This document shows positions 18,326 to 28,342 of a stretch of DNA of 64,000 nucleotides, piece after piece. The position numbers and the translations under genes are program-made. This DNA comes from a bacterium (GTDB lineage: Bacteria > Bacillota_I > Bacilli_A > RFN20 > CAG-826): NCBI GenBank assembly GCA_963619935.1, contig CAVEYA010000067.1:38-64037 (forward strand), given 5' to 3'. Within the stretch, counting starts at the first letter, position 1; each line of letters begins with the position of its first letter. The notes under the pieces were generated by a model. The model was not told where the DNA came from, made no database searches, and worked only from the letters and a program-made list of their open reading frames with translations.

Positions 18326-20599
18326 TTACGCAAAAGTATAGCCATTTTTAAAGGCTGCATAGAAAACATTTCTTGAGAAGAAATATCCTTTTGCGCTTTC
18401 AAGTACCCAATTAGTCTTATAGAAATCACCAACTGTAGAAGTACTGATAAAGCCTGATGAAGGCTTAGTAGTAATGCTTTGCAAACTACTTAAAGTAAAT
18501 GTTTCTATCTTCGTCATTTGATTTGGTGAATAAGCATAATTCCAAGAATCAGTAATCACATAATAAGTCTTAGAACTAGATATAGAAGAAGAACTTATAT
18601 CTGGATAATGAGCATAACTGCCACTTAGACATCTCGATGTTAAAATACTACCAGAAACACTCGCTATTGCGATATCGTTATCGAATGGTAATGATGTATA
18701 TACATCATCATATGTTACAGTGGTCCCACTTGTTGGTAATTCACTTCTAAACTGAGAACCATTCACCGCTAAAGTAACTGTATCATTAATGCCTAATGCT
18801 TTTAGTCTTGCATTTGCTGCATCCACAAAGTATTTGTAATATAAATCAGCGGTGTATTGGTATCCACTACTTTTATTAATACCACTAAAGTTAGTGGCTA
18901 AAACTGCATCAGGTGCACCATCGAGGACTACATCGTTATAGTAATTAAATAATTCTTCCGTTGGAGCGTCATCTTGATAATTTTTACTACCATAATTAGA
19001 AGAAGCAGACGCTAAACTAGGAGTGCCAATCGAAAATGAATTATTATCAAAATCATAGGTAATGCTTAATGAGCACACCATTTGGCCATAGCATCCCGCT
19101 TGAATATGGTACAAACCATCATTATTTGTATAAGAAGTATGAGTATGCCCTTCAAAAACAATATCAACATACCCCGATAACGCACTTGTCGTGTCTGCGT
19201 CTCCACTAGAATGGACCATATAAACAATAATATCCGCTCCATTAGCCTTTAATGCTTCACTTTCTTTTTTAACTAATTCAGTCGCTTCACTACCAGTTTT
19301 AAAAATGTAGTTGCCTTTAACTGAACTAGATATAGAACTATAACAATCACCCACTGAACCAATTAAGCCAATATTTACGCCATTCTTTTCTACAATCATG
19401 CTACTAGTTGAAAGAATATCAAGTTGCTCACTACCATCACTTGTATAGACATTTGTACATAAGGTAGGAAAACGATTATTGCTGATTGTTTCGCCTAATT
19501 GTTCAGTGCCCCAATCAAATTCATGATTTCCCACTATTTGAGCGTCAAAACCCACTTCATTCATCCAATTTGACATAGACACACCATAAGTCATGTTAGA
19601 CCACGCTGATCCTTGATATTGGTCACCACCGGATAATAACAAAGTGCCATCTGGATTATAAAATTCAGTCCATTTAAAGAAAGTGGATAATCTAGCAATG
19701 CCAGGCATTGAAGAATTAACATATTTAGCGTGTCCATGAATATCATTAATATAATTAATATCTATCTTAGTTTGACCGCTTCTAGTTGGCGCAACATAAG
19801 TTAAATCATTTTGATATTCAATCTTAATTGAATAAATAATAAAAGAACCAGCGGAAGCACATATACTAAAGAAAGTATTTTCCGTAGCGTCAGGTGTATA
19901 AGTATAAGTTTGACTACTTGTAATTGCTTCACCACCTTGAGCAGGTGATGTAATTAAAGAGTCTCTTGTTTTAAGTCTTAATTCTCCATATTGGCTCAAG
20001 CGGGCATAAGTAACAGTTATCGATTTTAATCCCGCAATCGCATCAACATTATTAATATAACCAGCGTTATCTATCTTAATATGAGCGTTACTAGTTTTGC
20101 TGACTCCATAGTAATAATAAGAATATTTACTATCAACTTTGTATGTACCACTTGTAGTAATACTACTAATCTCACTAGGAGTATTATTTTTATTTAAATT
20201 GATAACTGAAATATTACTTGGTAAATCGGACGCTTTATTTACTGTAACACTACAAATTGCCGACATATTCCCGTCTTTTGTAGTAACAATAATAGAAGCG
20301 CTACCTTCACTAACGCCTGTTACTAAGCCATTATTAACAGTAGCTACTTTTGTATTTGTACTAGACCAAAGTACTTCTTTATTAGTCGCGTTGCTAGGTA
20401 ATACTGTCGCATTCAATACATAGGTGTCACCAATTGATATATTTATAGAACTGTTACTAAGTTCTACACCGGTAACATTAATTACTTCTCCACTAGGATC
20501 AACGGTGGAACCATCATCTGTTTTATTTCCAAAAGTAAATGAACATCCACTTAAACCAAGAGTGAGTAATAAAGGGATAATGAATAGTTTCTTTTTCAT
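18326..20599 (-). CDS. surface lipoprotein: Big_2 domain + 5'-nucleotidase/metallophosphoesterase (UshA/CpdB-like)
   Basis: Lipobox LSGC; Big_2 (ATVNNGLVTGVSEGSASI); metallophosphatase motifs NDIHGH, GGDQYQGS, GNHEFDWG. Confidence 0.8.
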   Translation of the reverse strand: MKKKLFIIPLLLTLGLSGCSFTFGNKTDDGSTVDPSGEVINVTGVELSNSSINISIGDTYVLNATVLPSNATNKEVLWSSTNTKVATVNNGLVTGVSEGSASIIVTTKDGNMSAICSVTVNKASDLPSNISVINLNKNNTPSEISSITTSGTYKVDSKYSYYYYGVSKTSNAHIKIDNAGYINNVDAIAGLKSITVTYARLSQYGELRLKTRDSLITSPAQGGEAITSSQTYTYTPDATENTFFSICASAGSFIIYSIKIEYQNDLTYVAPTRSGQTKIDINYINDIHGHAKYVNSSMPGIARLSTFFKWTEFYNPDGTLLLSGGDQYQGSAWSNMTYGVSMSNWMNEVGFDAQIVGNHEFDWGTEQLGETISNNRFPTLCTNVYTSDGSEQLDILSTSSMIVEKNGVNIGLIGSVGDCYSSISSSVKGNYIFKTGSEATELVKKESEALKANGADIIVYMVHSSGDADTTSALSGYVDIVFEGHTHTSYTNNDGLYHIQAGCYGQMVCSLSITYDFDNNSFSIGTPSLASASSNYGSKNYQDDAPTEELFNYYNDVVLDGAPDAVLATNFSGINKSSGYQYTADLYYKYFVDAANARLKALGINDTVTLAVNGSQFRSELPTSGTTVTYDDVYTSLPFDNDIAIASVSGSILTSRCLSGSYAHYPDISSSSISSSKTYYVITDSWNYAYSPNQMTKIETFTLSSLQSITTKPSSGFISTSTVGDFYKTNWVLESAKGYFFSRNVFYAAFKNGYTFA

Positions 20600-20709
20600 A
20601 GAAAATCCTCAAACTTATAATACACTTATTTATAAAAATAAACATCTACACATTAGACAAATTTAACTATTATTTTTATTTGCATCAAAATTTTGCCGTA
20701 AATAAGAAC

Positions 20710-20742
20710 AAAAAAATAAAAACGCAACAGTTGCCTGTTACG
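20710..20742 (-). terminator. terminator downstream of tRNA-Lys
   Basis: GCAACAG-TTGC-CTGTTAC hairpin then T-run on the minus strand. Confidence 0.4.
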
Positions 20743-20754
20743 TATTTAGCAATT

Positions 20755-20830
20755 TGGTGATCCCTAAGGGATTCGAACCTTTGACCCACTGATTAAGAGT
20801 CAGTTGCTCTACCAGCTGAGCTAAGGGACC
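20755..20830 (-). tRNA. tRNA-Lys (anticodon CUU), CCA encoded
   Basis: Reverse complement folds as a cloverleaf: acceptor GGTCCCT/AGGGATC, D-arm GCTCAGCTGGTAGAGC, anticodon loop CTCTTAA, T-arm GGTTCGAATCC, 3' ACCA. Confidence 0.9.
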
Positions 20831-20988
20831 AGATGGATTGCTAGATTATAATATATTAAATAAAAATACATTTCAATAGAAAACAATATCAAAGTAAATA
20901 GGCAAAATAGGCTATTTCAAGCAACAAATAATAAAGAATGAATCTTTCACTTATAATAAAAAGATGCGCTCGGTAGCGCACCAATTTA

Positions 20989-22101
20989 TTATTTATAATA
21001 CTGATAAAATTTACTATCGAAGAACTTTGTTTGTTTTTCGCTAGTCGCGTCTACGATATTAGTTGTCCCTTTTTCGTAATAGTTTTTGCTTCTACCAGCA
21101 CCCACCATAGTCATATCATTTACACCATCAGTAGTGAATGTCATATCGCCATTAATACCATTCCAATAAACATTTGTGGTCGTTTTTTTAATTCTTCTCA
21201 CTGTTGATGAATTAGGATGATTTTGTTCACCATTACCACTACCTAACACTACTTGGTTAGGAGCGCATACGCTATCTAACATTGCCGTAGAAATGAAAAT
21301 CATTTCAGGTCTAGTCCAATCTAAGAAATCATATCCCATTGATGTTGAACTAGCGTGATGTGTTGCTTTTAATAAAATACGCTTATTCTCATCCTTAAAT
21401 AGTTTTTCATGATTAGCAATAATGGATTTTTCACCATATGTGGTATCAATATCACCACACATCACGATATTCCAATATTTATATTCAAGAACAAAGGATA
21501 CTGATGTGGTATTAGGATTGTCTGTTCCACATGATGAATTAGGAAATACATCATCATAGTAATAATCATTCTTAAGCCAACGTAATGTTAAATCATTATC
21601 TTTATCAATTTTTAATGTTTTGCCCACTTTCATTTGAGAAAGAACACTATTGTAGGTAGCACCACTATTTACCCAACTATTTCTTTTGTTAATGTATTGA
21701 TTCACATAACTAGAATTAGAAATATGATCCGTTCCACTAGTGTTATATGTATAACCATAATCCACTATTTGGTTAACTTTAAAATCATCTAACGCTCCCG
21801 CAATAATACCACCAATATGGTCACCATGTGGGTGAGTGACTACTAATAAATCAATTGTTTTATCAGTAATTTTATTCTTTAAAACTTCTTTTACATGACT
21901 CGCATCATCTCTACTACCAGAATCAACAACAATATCATAATTACCATATTGAATAAGTGTTGATTCACCATATTCGTCGCTCATTTCAATAGAAGTTAAT
22001 GTTAAAGGATTACCAGGTTCGTAATTAGTTTTCTTGCTTCCACAACCTATTAATGAAGTAGTTAGCAAAGAAAGGATAAGACCATATAATTTTATATTCA
22101 T
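20989..22101 (-). CDS. metallo-beta-lactamase-fold surface lipoprotein (probable nuclease/hydrolase)
   Basis: Lipobox LIGC; MBL motif LLVVTHPHGDHIGG. Confidence 0.75.
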   Translation of the reverse strand: MNIKLYGLILSLLTTSLIGCGSKKTNYEPGNPLTLTSIEMSDEYGESTLIQYGNYDIVVDSGSRDDASHVKEVLKNKITDKTIDLLVVTHPHGDHIGGIIAGALDDFKVNQIVDYGYTYNTSGTDHISNSSYVNQYINKRNSWVNSGATYNSVLSQMKVGKTLKIDKDNDLTLRWLKNDYYYDDVFPNSSCGTDNPNTTSVSFVLEYKYWNIVMCGDIDTTYGEKSIIANHEKLFKDENKRILLKATHHASSTSMGYDFLDWTRPEMIFISTAMLDSVCAPNQVVLGSGNGEQNHPNSSTVRRIKKTTTNVYWNGINGDMTFTTDGVNDMTMVGAGRSKNYYEKGTTNIVDATSEKQTKFFDSKFYQYYK

Positions 22102-22178
22102 AAAAATACCTCGAAATCATTATAACAAAAAAGAGTGTTCACGAGGAACACTCTTGATTGCAATATAATTACTTTCTT

Positions 22179-23621
22179 TTATTTAGCAACAGTGTAGACT
22201 TCAATTTTATTGACTCTGCATTGTTTGCCTAAAACAAACACTAAGGAAGTAGCTTCTGCATCTAAAATAATAGTAGCAGTTAAAGCTTCTGTATCTTGTG
22301 TGAATGAAGCACCTGTAAGTGTTGGTTCATTATCAGTTCCGCTAAATGAATATTTAGCACTATCATAGCTAATAACTACCTTTTTAAATGCAGCAGTATA
22401 GCTAATTGTGTCTTGAGAACCAGCATATAATCTAACAGATGTATAGGTTGATAACCATAAATTACAAGCAGTAGAAGATTTATTTTGTTCGTTAAGTAAT
22501 GTGACACCCTTATCTGAATAAGTAACACGTTTACTAGCAGAAATTTCATCATTAACTACCATATCAGTGTTTTTATTAAAGCTTAAAGTAGCAGCTAATG
22601 TGTAATTAGTAGCAGCAGCAGTAACTGTAACGTTGAATGTGGCAGAAACACCTTCTTTAGCAGTTGCGGTAATAACAACATCACCAGTAGCGACACCTGT
22701 AACTTTACCAGATGCAGAAACAGTAGCTTTAGTTTCATCAGAAGAAGACCAAGTAACTTTTTGTTTAGCTTCAGCTGGTGCAACAGTAGCGCTTAATTGT
22801 AAAGTTTCGTTAACTTTAACACTTGTTGCGTCACCTGCAGAAGTAACTGTAACGCCTGTTGGTTCAGCCCAGACTTTAGCTTCTGTAACTGTGTAAGAAG
22901 AGCCTTGACCTAAAACCATACGGCAGTTGCCACTTGATGTAGCGGCTAACATACCGACGATTTCTAATTTGTCGCCTTGATTGATTGTACCAGCTAAGTT
23001 AGCGATATCTTCGGCTGGGAGAAATTTTTCAACTTTGACAGCTAAAGCAGTATTAGCACTATCTGTCATTTTGAAATTCATGTATAAGTCACTTGATAAA
23101 GCAGTGGATGGAATTGTGTAGTCAGCATCAGCAACTAATTCAATCTTAGCTAATGTACCAGCATTTGCGTTTACAAGATTTGCTGGATCGCTAACAACGA
23201 CTGGATTAACTGTTTCGCCAACTTCAGCAATTGTTAAACATTTTGCATCAACATCATAACCATCAGGATAAGCTGTTAATTGAATAGAACCAGAATATGC
23301 GGATGATTGAGCATAGATTTCAACATATGAACCAAGTTTGTGTTCACCTAAATCTTCATTTCCGGTTTTTTCAGTATTTGTGTTGAAGTTATAGCAGTAT
23401 AAGAATTCACCATTACGGTAAATTGCAGTTGTGCTACCACTGTTCCAAACAACTGTTCCACGGACTTTGTAGTATTCACCGACTGTGCCGGCTTTTACTT
23501 GTGCGAATGTGGATTCGCCTTCAGTTAATTCCTCTTCCCAAGGTTTTACTTCCTTTTTGTTACCGCAACCTGTCAATAAGGCAACAGCAAGGAATGGTAA
23601 TAGAATAATTTTTTTATTCAT
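22179..23621 (-). CDS. surface lipoprotein with N-terminal OB-fold and Big_2 domain
   Basis: Lipobox LTGC; OB-like YKVRGTVVW...VEIYAQ; Big_2 KVTWSSSDETKATVSASGKVTGVATGDVVITA. Confidence 0.65.
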   Translation of the reverse strand: MNKKIILLPFLAVALLTGCGNKKEVKPWEEELTEGESTFAQVKAGTVGEYYKVRGTVVWNSGSTTAIYRNGEFLYCYNFNTNTEKTGNEDLGEHKLGSYVEIYAQSSAYSGSIQLTAYPDGYDVDAKCLTIAEVGETVNPVVVSDPANLVNANAGTLAKIELVADADYTIPSTALSSDLYMNFKMTDSANTALAVKVEKFLPAEDIANLAGTINQGDKLEIVGMLAATSSGNCRMVLGQGSSYTVTEAKVWAEPTGVTVTSAGDATSVKVNETLQLSATVAPAEAKQKVTWSSSDETKATVSASGKVTGVATGDVVITATAKEGVSATFNVTVTAAATNYTLAATLSFNKNTDMVVNDEISASKRVTYSDKGVTLLNEQNKSSTACNLWLSTYTSVRLYAGSQDTISYTAAFKKVVISYDSAKYSFSGTDNEPTLTGASFTQDTEALTATIILDAEATSLVFVLGKQCRVNKIEVYTVAK

Positions 23622-23789
23622 TATGAATTATTTCCTCCTTTTCTAATACCATGAATTTGTTCATAAATAATGATTAAAAACAAATAAATAATTATCGATA
23701 ACCTTACTTACATTGTTCTTATATTATTATTCATGTCCACTAATAGTTTCGCACAATTTATCACTTTATTAAATAAATATTTAAGAAAA

Positions 23790-23830
23790 TAAAAAAATAA
23801 CGGGACCCCGTTTTGGGATACCCGTTATTA
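23790..23830 (-). terminator. Rho-independent terminator after the 23844-25004 gene
   Basis: AATAACGGG(23797-23805)...CCCGTTATT(23821-23829) 9-bp stem, then T-run on the minus strand. Confidence 0.55.
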
Positions 23831-23843
23831 ATGTAGTTTATTA

Positions 23844-25004
23844 TTAGTCTGCTAATGAGAAGCAAGCTGTGCCTTTCACAGGAGCAAGGTATGGAGCGTT
23901 ATACCAGGTTAAGTGACCCGTAAAGTTCACTTTTGTGCTATCACATGTCCATGTGGCAAACATTGCTTGTAAAGCACTAAGTTCACCTAAATGGTAGGAT
24001 ATAGACATTCCAACTGAAGCACCAGTAGAATCTTTAAACCAAACATAAGTATGGCTGCTTAAAGTTGTATATTCATTAGTGTGTGTAGATGGAATAGTAG
24101 TATTAGAACCACCGATAGTAACAAATGTTAAGTTATTCATCTTTACTAAGGCACCATCTAATGTCTTTAAAGTGGTTTCGTTGAATGTACCAGCGGCAAT
24201 TTCAGTATAGTCAGGTTGGCTAACTGTGTATGGCTTGTTATCAACAAGCACTTCTGCAGCTGTAACTCTTCTCACAAGTGTTGGTTTAACTTCCATTAAA
24301 CCATTATATGGGCTAGCAAAGCCAGCCACTTGCACTAAATCACCAACTTTTAAGTTATATGTAGTCCAGCAATTACTTAATTTATTAGCATAGAGCATTA
24401 AGCCAGCCTTACCATCAGCGATGTAAACACCACTATATTCATGGTCTTCACCATGTGCACCACTAATATAACCATAAGTAATAATATTGTCAGATTCTTG
24501 AATAGTACCAGCGGCTAAACCTGCACGATAATCAGCAAGTTTATAAGTTGTACCAGTTAAAGTTGTTTTGTTCATGTAGGTGTGATATGTTAACTTGCCT
24601 TCAAATTTTTTCCATTTCATGGTTAAGGTAATATCTGAAGAATATTCATCTTCTGATGCGTACACACTATCAGGAACTAATAATACACGAGAAGTATCTT
24701 TTGAATAAGCAGATTTACTCCAGTGGCTATCAGAGAAAGACCAACTAATTTCTGGTTGTACAGTCGCATTTTTTCCTTTACGTCCAGGAACTGTGTAAGT
24801 ATATTTCTTGACAGCATTAAGAGAATCGCCACCTTCTAATTGTTTAGTGGTACCTGGTTCAAATAAACCACCGCTAGGATCAAGTAATAATGTGGAATCA
24901 CTGATCATTGTGTCAAAAATTTCTTGATCAGACATTCCGTTACTACCACAACCAGCTAATGAACAAACGATTAATGGTAATAAGAATAAATATTGTTTTT
25001 TCAT
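23844..25004 (-). CDS. surface lipoprotein with OB-fold-like domain
   Basis: Lipobox LAGC; OB-like YSGVYIADGKAGLMLYANK...VGDLVQVAGF. Confidence 0.55.
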   Translation of the reverse strand: MKKQYLFLLPLIVCSLAGCGSNGMSDQEIFDTMISDSTLLLDPSGGLFEPGTTKQLEGGDSLNAVKKYTYTVPGRKGKNATVQPEISWSFSDSHWSKSAYSKDTSRVLLVPDSVYASEDEYSSDITLTMKWKKFEGKLTYHTYMNKTTLTGTTYKLADYRAGLAAGTIQESDNIITYGYISGAHGEDHEYSGVYIADGKAGLMLYANKLSNCWTTYNLKVGDLVQVAGFASPYNGLMEVKPTLVRRVTAAEVLVDNKPYTVSQPDYTEIAAGTFNETTLKTLDGALVKMNNLTFVTIGGSNTTIPSTHTNEYTTLSSHTYVWFKDSTGASVGMSISYHLGELSALQAMFATWTCDSTKVNFTGHLTWYNAPYLAPVKGTACFSLAD

Positions 25005-25025
25005 AGAGAATACCTTTCTATTCTT

Positions 25026-26696
25026 TTATTTGTCTTGGATATAGTTATAGTTAGCGTAGTTATTCCCTAATTGAATTTGGAATTTTTCAAAATATCTAGC
25101 TAAATAACCTGTTACAGTGAAAGTCTTTCCCACTGGAGATTCACTACTGTTTACATCAAAAGCATCATCTGTACCAAATCTAGCAGGTGAAATATATGGG
25201 CTTAATGTTGCATCGATTCTTAAATTGGTAAGAATCTTAGCTCCATCTTTACCAGTGATATATGCATAAACTGTATAGGCTTTAGTGTCTGTACCTTGTT
25301 TATACCAATATTGTTCACCACTAGCTTTCCTTTGCATAACTGATTCTTGATCGTCATCAGTGCTGGTGGAAACTGCTCTGATGGTGACATCAACTTTCAC
25401 CCAGTTATATTGATAATTGAGTAAATCAGTGTAGTAGCATTCATCGGTTCTATTAGCAGGATCGATTGTACTGCCATCAATACTAACAGGAGTAATATCT
25501 TTATTTAAATCAGCATAAGTTAATTCACCAGATTGATATTTATGAGACCACTTAAGTGATTCTTTATAAGTATCAAAGTTAGTTTCAGTAAGAATGCGGA
25601 AAGCAGTCTTACCAGTAGAAGATGTCTTTAAGTCAGATAGTTGCACGTTACCGGAATAGGTAGTTGCACGACAATAGAATCTAACTACTAAGCCAACACC
25701 AGTTCCATCTCCACCATACTTTTTAGAAGCATTTTGTAATGTGGAACATAAAGCAGAGTTATAACCAGCATAAGCATATAAGCCAGTGTATTTAGCGCTT
25801 TCACCTTCGGCTGCGTATTGTTCTTCATCGATTAAGACATCTCTTAAGAACATATTATCGCCTTGAATACCAACTACTAAGGCAGTAACGATTAATTGAT
25901 AGCCAGAGCTACCTTCATCAGTAATACCAATTTCATCGTAGTGATGAATAATACCCCATAAGGAATATTCATAAGTTGTGGACTTGTAATCGTAATCAGT
26001 ATCTTCTTCACCATACACACGATAACCACACTTTTCCGCTTTTGCGGCAGCTTTTTCAAATGCTGAACGATAATTACAGATATGACTATCTAAGAAGTTT
26101 TGGTTTCTGGAATAACCTTGTTCAACTAATTCAAGGTTTAAATTTCTCCATTTAGATGAAGAATCTTTACGATACCAAATGAACGCTAACCAACGGTTAC
26201 CAGAACTATCTCTTTCGCCAAATACGTTCACATCAGTAATTAAAGCAATGTTATAAACAGTTTTACCAGTAGCAGCAGTTTCTTCATCTGCCTTTTCTTG
26301 GGCAGCTGTTAAAATTTTCTTGGTAAAATTGCTTGCTTTTTTACCCCAAGGTTCTACCTTTGCGGTAGATTCTGGAGTGTTAATCCCTAAGAAACGAGTT
26401 TTAATAGAGACTAAAGCTTTAGAAGCATCCACATAGCCAGCTTGTGTGAAGTTAGCAGTGTCACCATCAGTAACACTTCTTAAAGTTACATAACCATAAT
26501 GGTCTAATGTAGATGAATCACTACCAGCAAACTTTTTGCCTTCAAGAGAATCTTTTTGCGCAAAATCAAGTTTGTCAGTATATGGAGTATCGACTGGGTC
26601 GTCTCCGCTACGGACAGCGCATTTACCACTAGAATTACATCCAGTGAGAAGCATGCTTACCGCCGCCATTAAGAATAATAATTTTTTCATACGCAT
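25026..26696 (-). CDS. staphylococcal-nuclease (SNase/thermonuclease)-like lipoprotein nuclease with C-terminal extension
   Basis: Lipobox LTGC; SNase motifs VTDGDTANF and RFLGINTPES; 556 aa. Confidence 0.7.
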   Translation of the reverse strand: MRMKKLLFLMAAVSMLLTGCNSSGKCAVRSGDDPVDTPYTDKLDFAQKDSLEGKKFAGSDSSTLDHYGYVTLRSVTDGDTANFTQAGYVDASKALVSIKTRFLGINTPESTAKVEPWGKKASNFTKKILTAAQEKADEETAATGKTVYNIALITDVNVFGERDSSGNRWLAFIWYRKDSSSKWRNLNLELVEQGYSRNQNFLDSHICNYRSAFEKAAAKAEKCGYRVYGEEDTDYDYKSTTYEYSLWGIIHHYDEIGITDEGSSGYQLIVTALVVGIQGDNMFLRDVLIDEEQYAAEGESAKYTGLYAYAGYNSALCSTLQNASKKYGGDGTGVGLVVRFYCRATTYSGNVQLSDLKTSSTGKTAFRILTETNFDTYKESLKWSHKYQSGELTYADLNKDITPVSIDGSTIDPANRTDECYYTDLLNYQYNWVKVDVTIRAVSTSTDDDQESVMQRKASGEQYWYKQGTDTKAYTVYAYITGKDGAKILTNLRIDATLSPYISPARFGTDDAFDVNSSESPVGKTFTVTGYLARYFEKFQIQLGNNYANYNYIQDK

Positions 26697-26707
26697 ATAT
26701 AACCTTA

Positions 26708-28318
26708 TTATTTCTTAATATAATCAGAAAGTTTTTTCAAAACATCGTTAATGGCTTCTTGTGGGGTTTTACCTTCTAAGAAGACATAGCCAGGAATGGA
26801 AGCAACTTCTGTACGAATAGAAGCAGAACCAGCGAATGGTTGATCGACGAATTTTGTCCAATTTTCACTTTCTTTAACATAGTAATCAACGTTAATCTTC
26901 GCTGTTTGTCCTTTAATACTTTCCGCCTCATTAGCAGAAGAATAAGAATCTTCTAACCAAGTCCTATAATCGACATAGTCCTCAGTTACGCCTTCCCACA
27001 TGCCACCATTTTCAGCATAAGAACAAGATGGGTAATAAGAAGTTTGACTACATAAGTAACCATTCGCGTACTTGGTTAAGAATTTTAAAAGCATCCAAGA
27101 AGCTAATCTTTCTTTTTGGCTACCTTTATCTAATAAGGCTAAGTTAGCACCTTGAGAAATAACATACTTGTTTTCTTTGTCCACATAAGGAACTGGAGCA
27201 GCTTTAATTTCAAAAGCGTTACCAGCAGGTGCGGAGTTAGCGACACCAGCGGATGAACCTAATGTCATAACTGTCTTAGAGGCTTTAAATGGATTAGAAC
27301 CATATTTTGCTTCACCCCAGTCACTTGGAATGCCAAATGTATTGTTATCATACATCGCTTTTAAACGATTAAGGCCATTAATGGTTTCTTGACTATTAAA
27401 GGAGACATAACCATGTCTATCTTCTTTATCATAATAGGTATATTCACCACCATTTTGTCTCACAGTGGTAATAAATAAGTTTGCTTGAGAGTCATAAGAG
27501 AATGGCTTAAAGCATTCTTTTTTAGCGTGTCCTTCACTACCCCATTCAAAAACACCGGTTAAATTTAAGACAATGTCATCAGTGTTTGTAGGAGCCTTTT
27601 TAGTCACGCTACCATCCTTTAATAAATAATTATCGTAGACACCCTTTGTCTTTAATAAATTAAGAATTTCTAAACCAACACCATTGAGTTCATCATAAGT
27701 GGCAGGAACATAGATTTTGTTCTTTAAATCTTCTTGGTTAGCACACCAATCAAAGAAAGTGGAGTTATAAATCAATACTTCAGTAGATTTGTTAAATGGA
27801 ACACCTAATGTATAAGGATTACCATCATTATCAAATTCAATGGATTGATTTTCTTTCATGTAGTCAGAGTAGAAATCAGAAATTTTAAAGGATTCACCTT
27901 CCGGTTCAAACACACTATGAACATCATTTTCGAAATAATAATTTAAACGAACAATAATGTCTTGATTCACATAACTTGCAAAGTGGTCAGGATAGCCAAC
28001 AATTAAGTTTGGATATTTGCCAGATGTTGCCGCTAATGTGGTAGCGTTTAAAACGTTATCATATGAACCTTTTGATTCATATCTCACCTTAACACCAGTT
28101 AAAGCGGTAAATTCATCTAAAAGAGGTTCAAGTGCTTCATTAATTGAACTACCAAATCCGGTCCAAAATTCAATTGTTGTGCCACTAACATCAGCAGTAA
28201 AGTCAATATCATAAGCAAAATTATTTCTCCAGCTAGCCTTACAGGCTGAGGTCGCAACCGCGACCCCACCTAATAAGCTCACAGCTAGAACGGATGGAAT
28301 GATTTTATTTGTTTTCAT
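26708..28318 (-). CDS. ABC transporter substrate-binding lipoprotein (large, CUT1/MalE-like), paralog 1
   Basis: Lipobox ATSAC; 536 aa; clear paralog of 28343-29908 (shared FWTGFGSS, GYPDHFA, VISQGANLAL). Confidence 0.7.
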   Translation of the reverse strand: MKTNKIIPSVLAVSLLGGVAVATSACKASWRNNFAYDIDFTADVSGTTIEFWTGFGSSINEALEPLLDEFTALTGVKVRYESKGSYDNVLNATTLAATSGKYPNLIVGYPDHFASYVNQDIIVRLNYYFENDVHSVFEPEGESFKISDFYSDYMKENQSIEFDNDGNPYTLGVPFNKSTEVLIYNSTFFDWCANQEDLKNKIYVPATYDELNGVGLEILNLLKTKGVYDNYLLKDGSVTKKAPTNTDDIVLNLTGVFEWGSEGHAKKECFKPFSYDSQANLFITTVRQNGGEYTYYDKEDRHGYVSFNSQETINGLNRLKAMYDNNTFGIPSDWGEAKYGSNPFKASKTVMTLGSSAGVANSAPAGNAFEIKAAPVPYVDKENKYVISQGANLALLDKGSQKERLASWMLLKFLTKYANGYLCSQTSYYPSCSYAENGGMWEGVTEDYVDYRTWLEDSYSSANEAESIKGQTAKINVDYYVKESENWTKFVDQPFAGSASIRTEVASIPGYVFLEGKTPQEAINDVLKKLSDYIKK

Positions 28319-28342
28319 TGATCATATCCTTTCTAAGCGTAA

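Noticed and set aside
20139-20666. Two plus-strand ORFs (94 and 80 aa) near the 5' end of the 5'-nucleotidase lipoprotein gene
   Set aside because: Antisense to a well-supported lipoprotein gene and its promoter region; no RBS.
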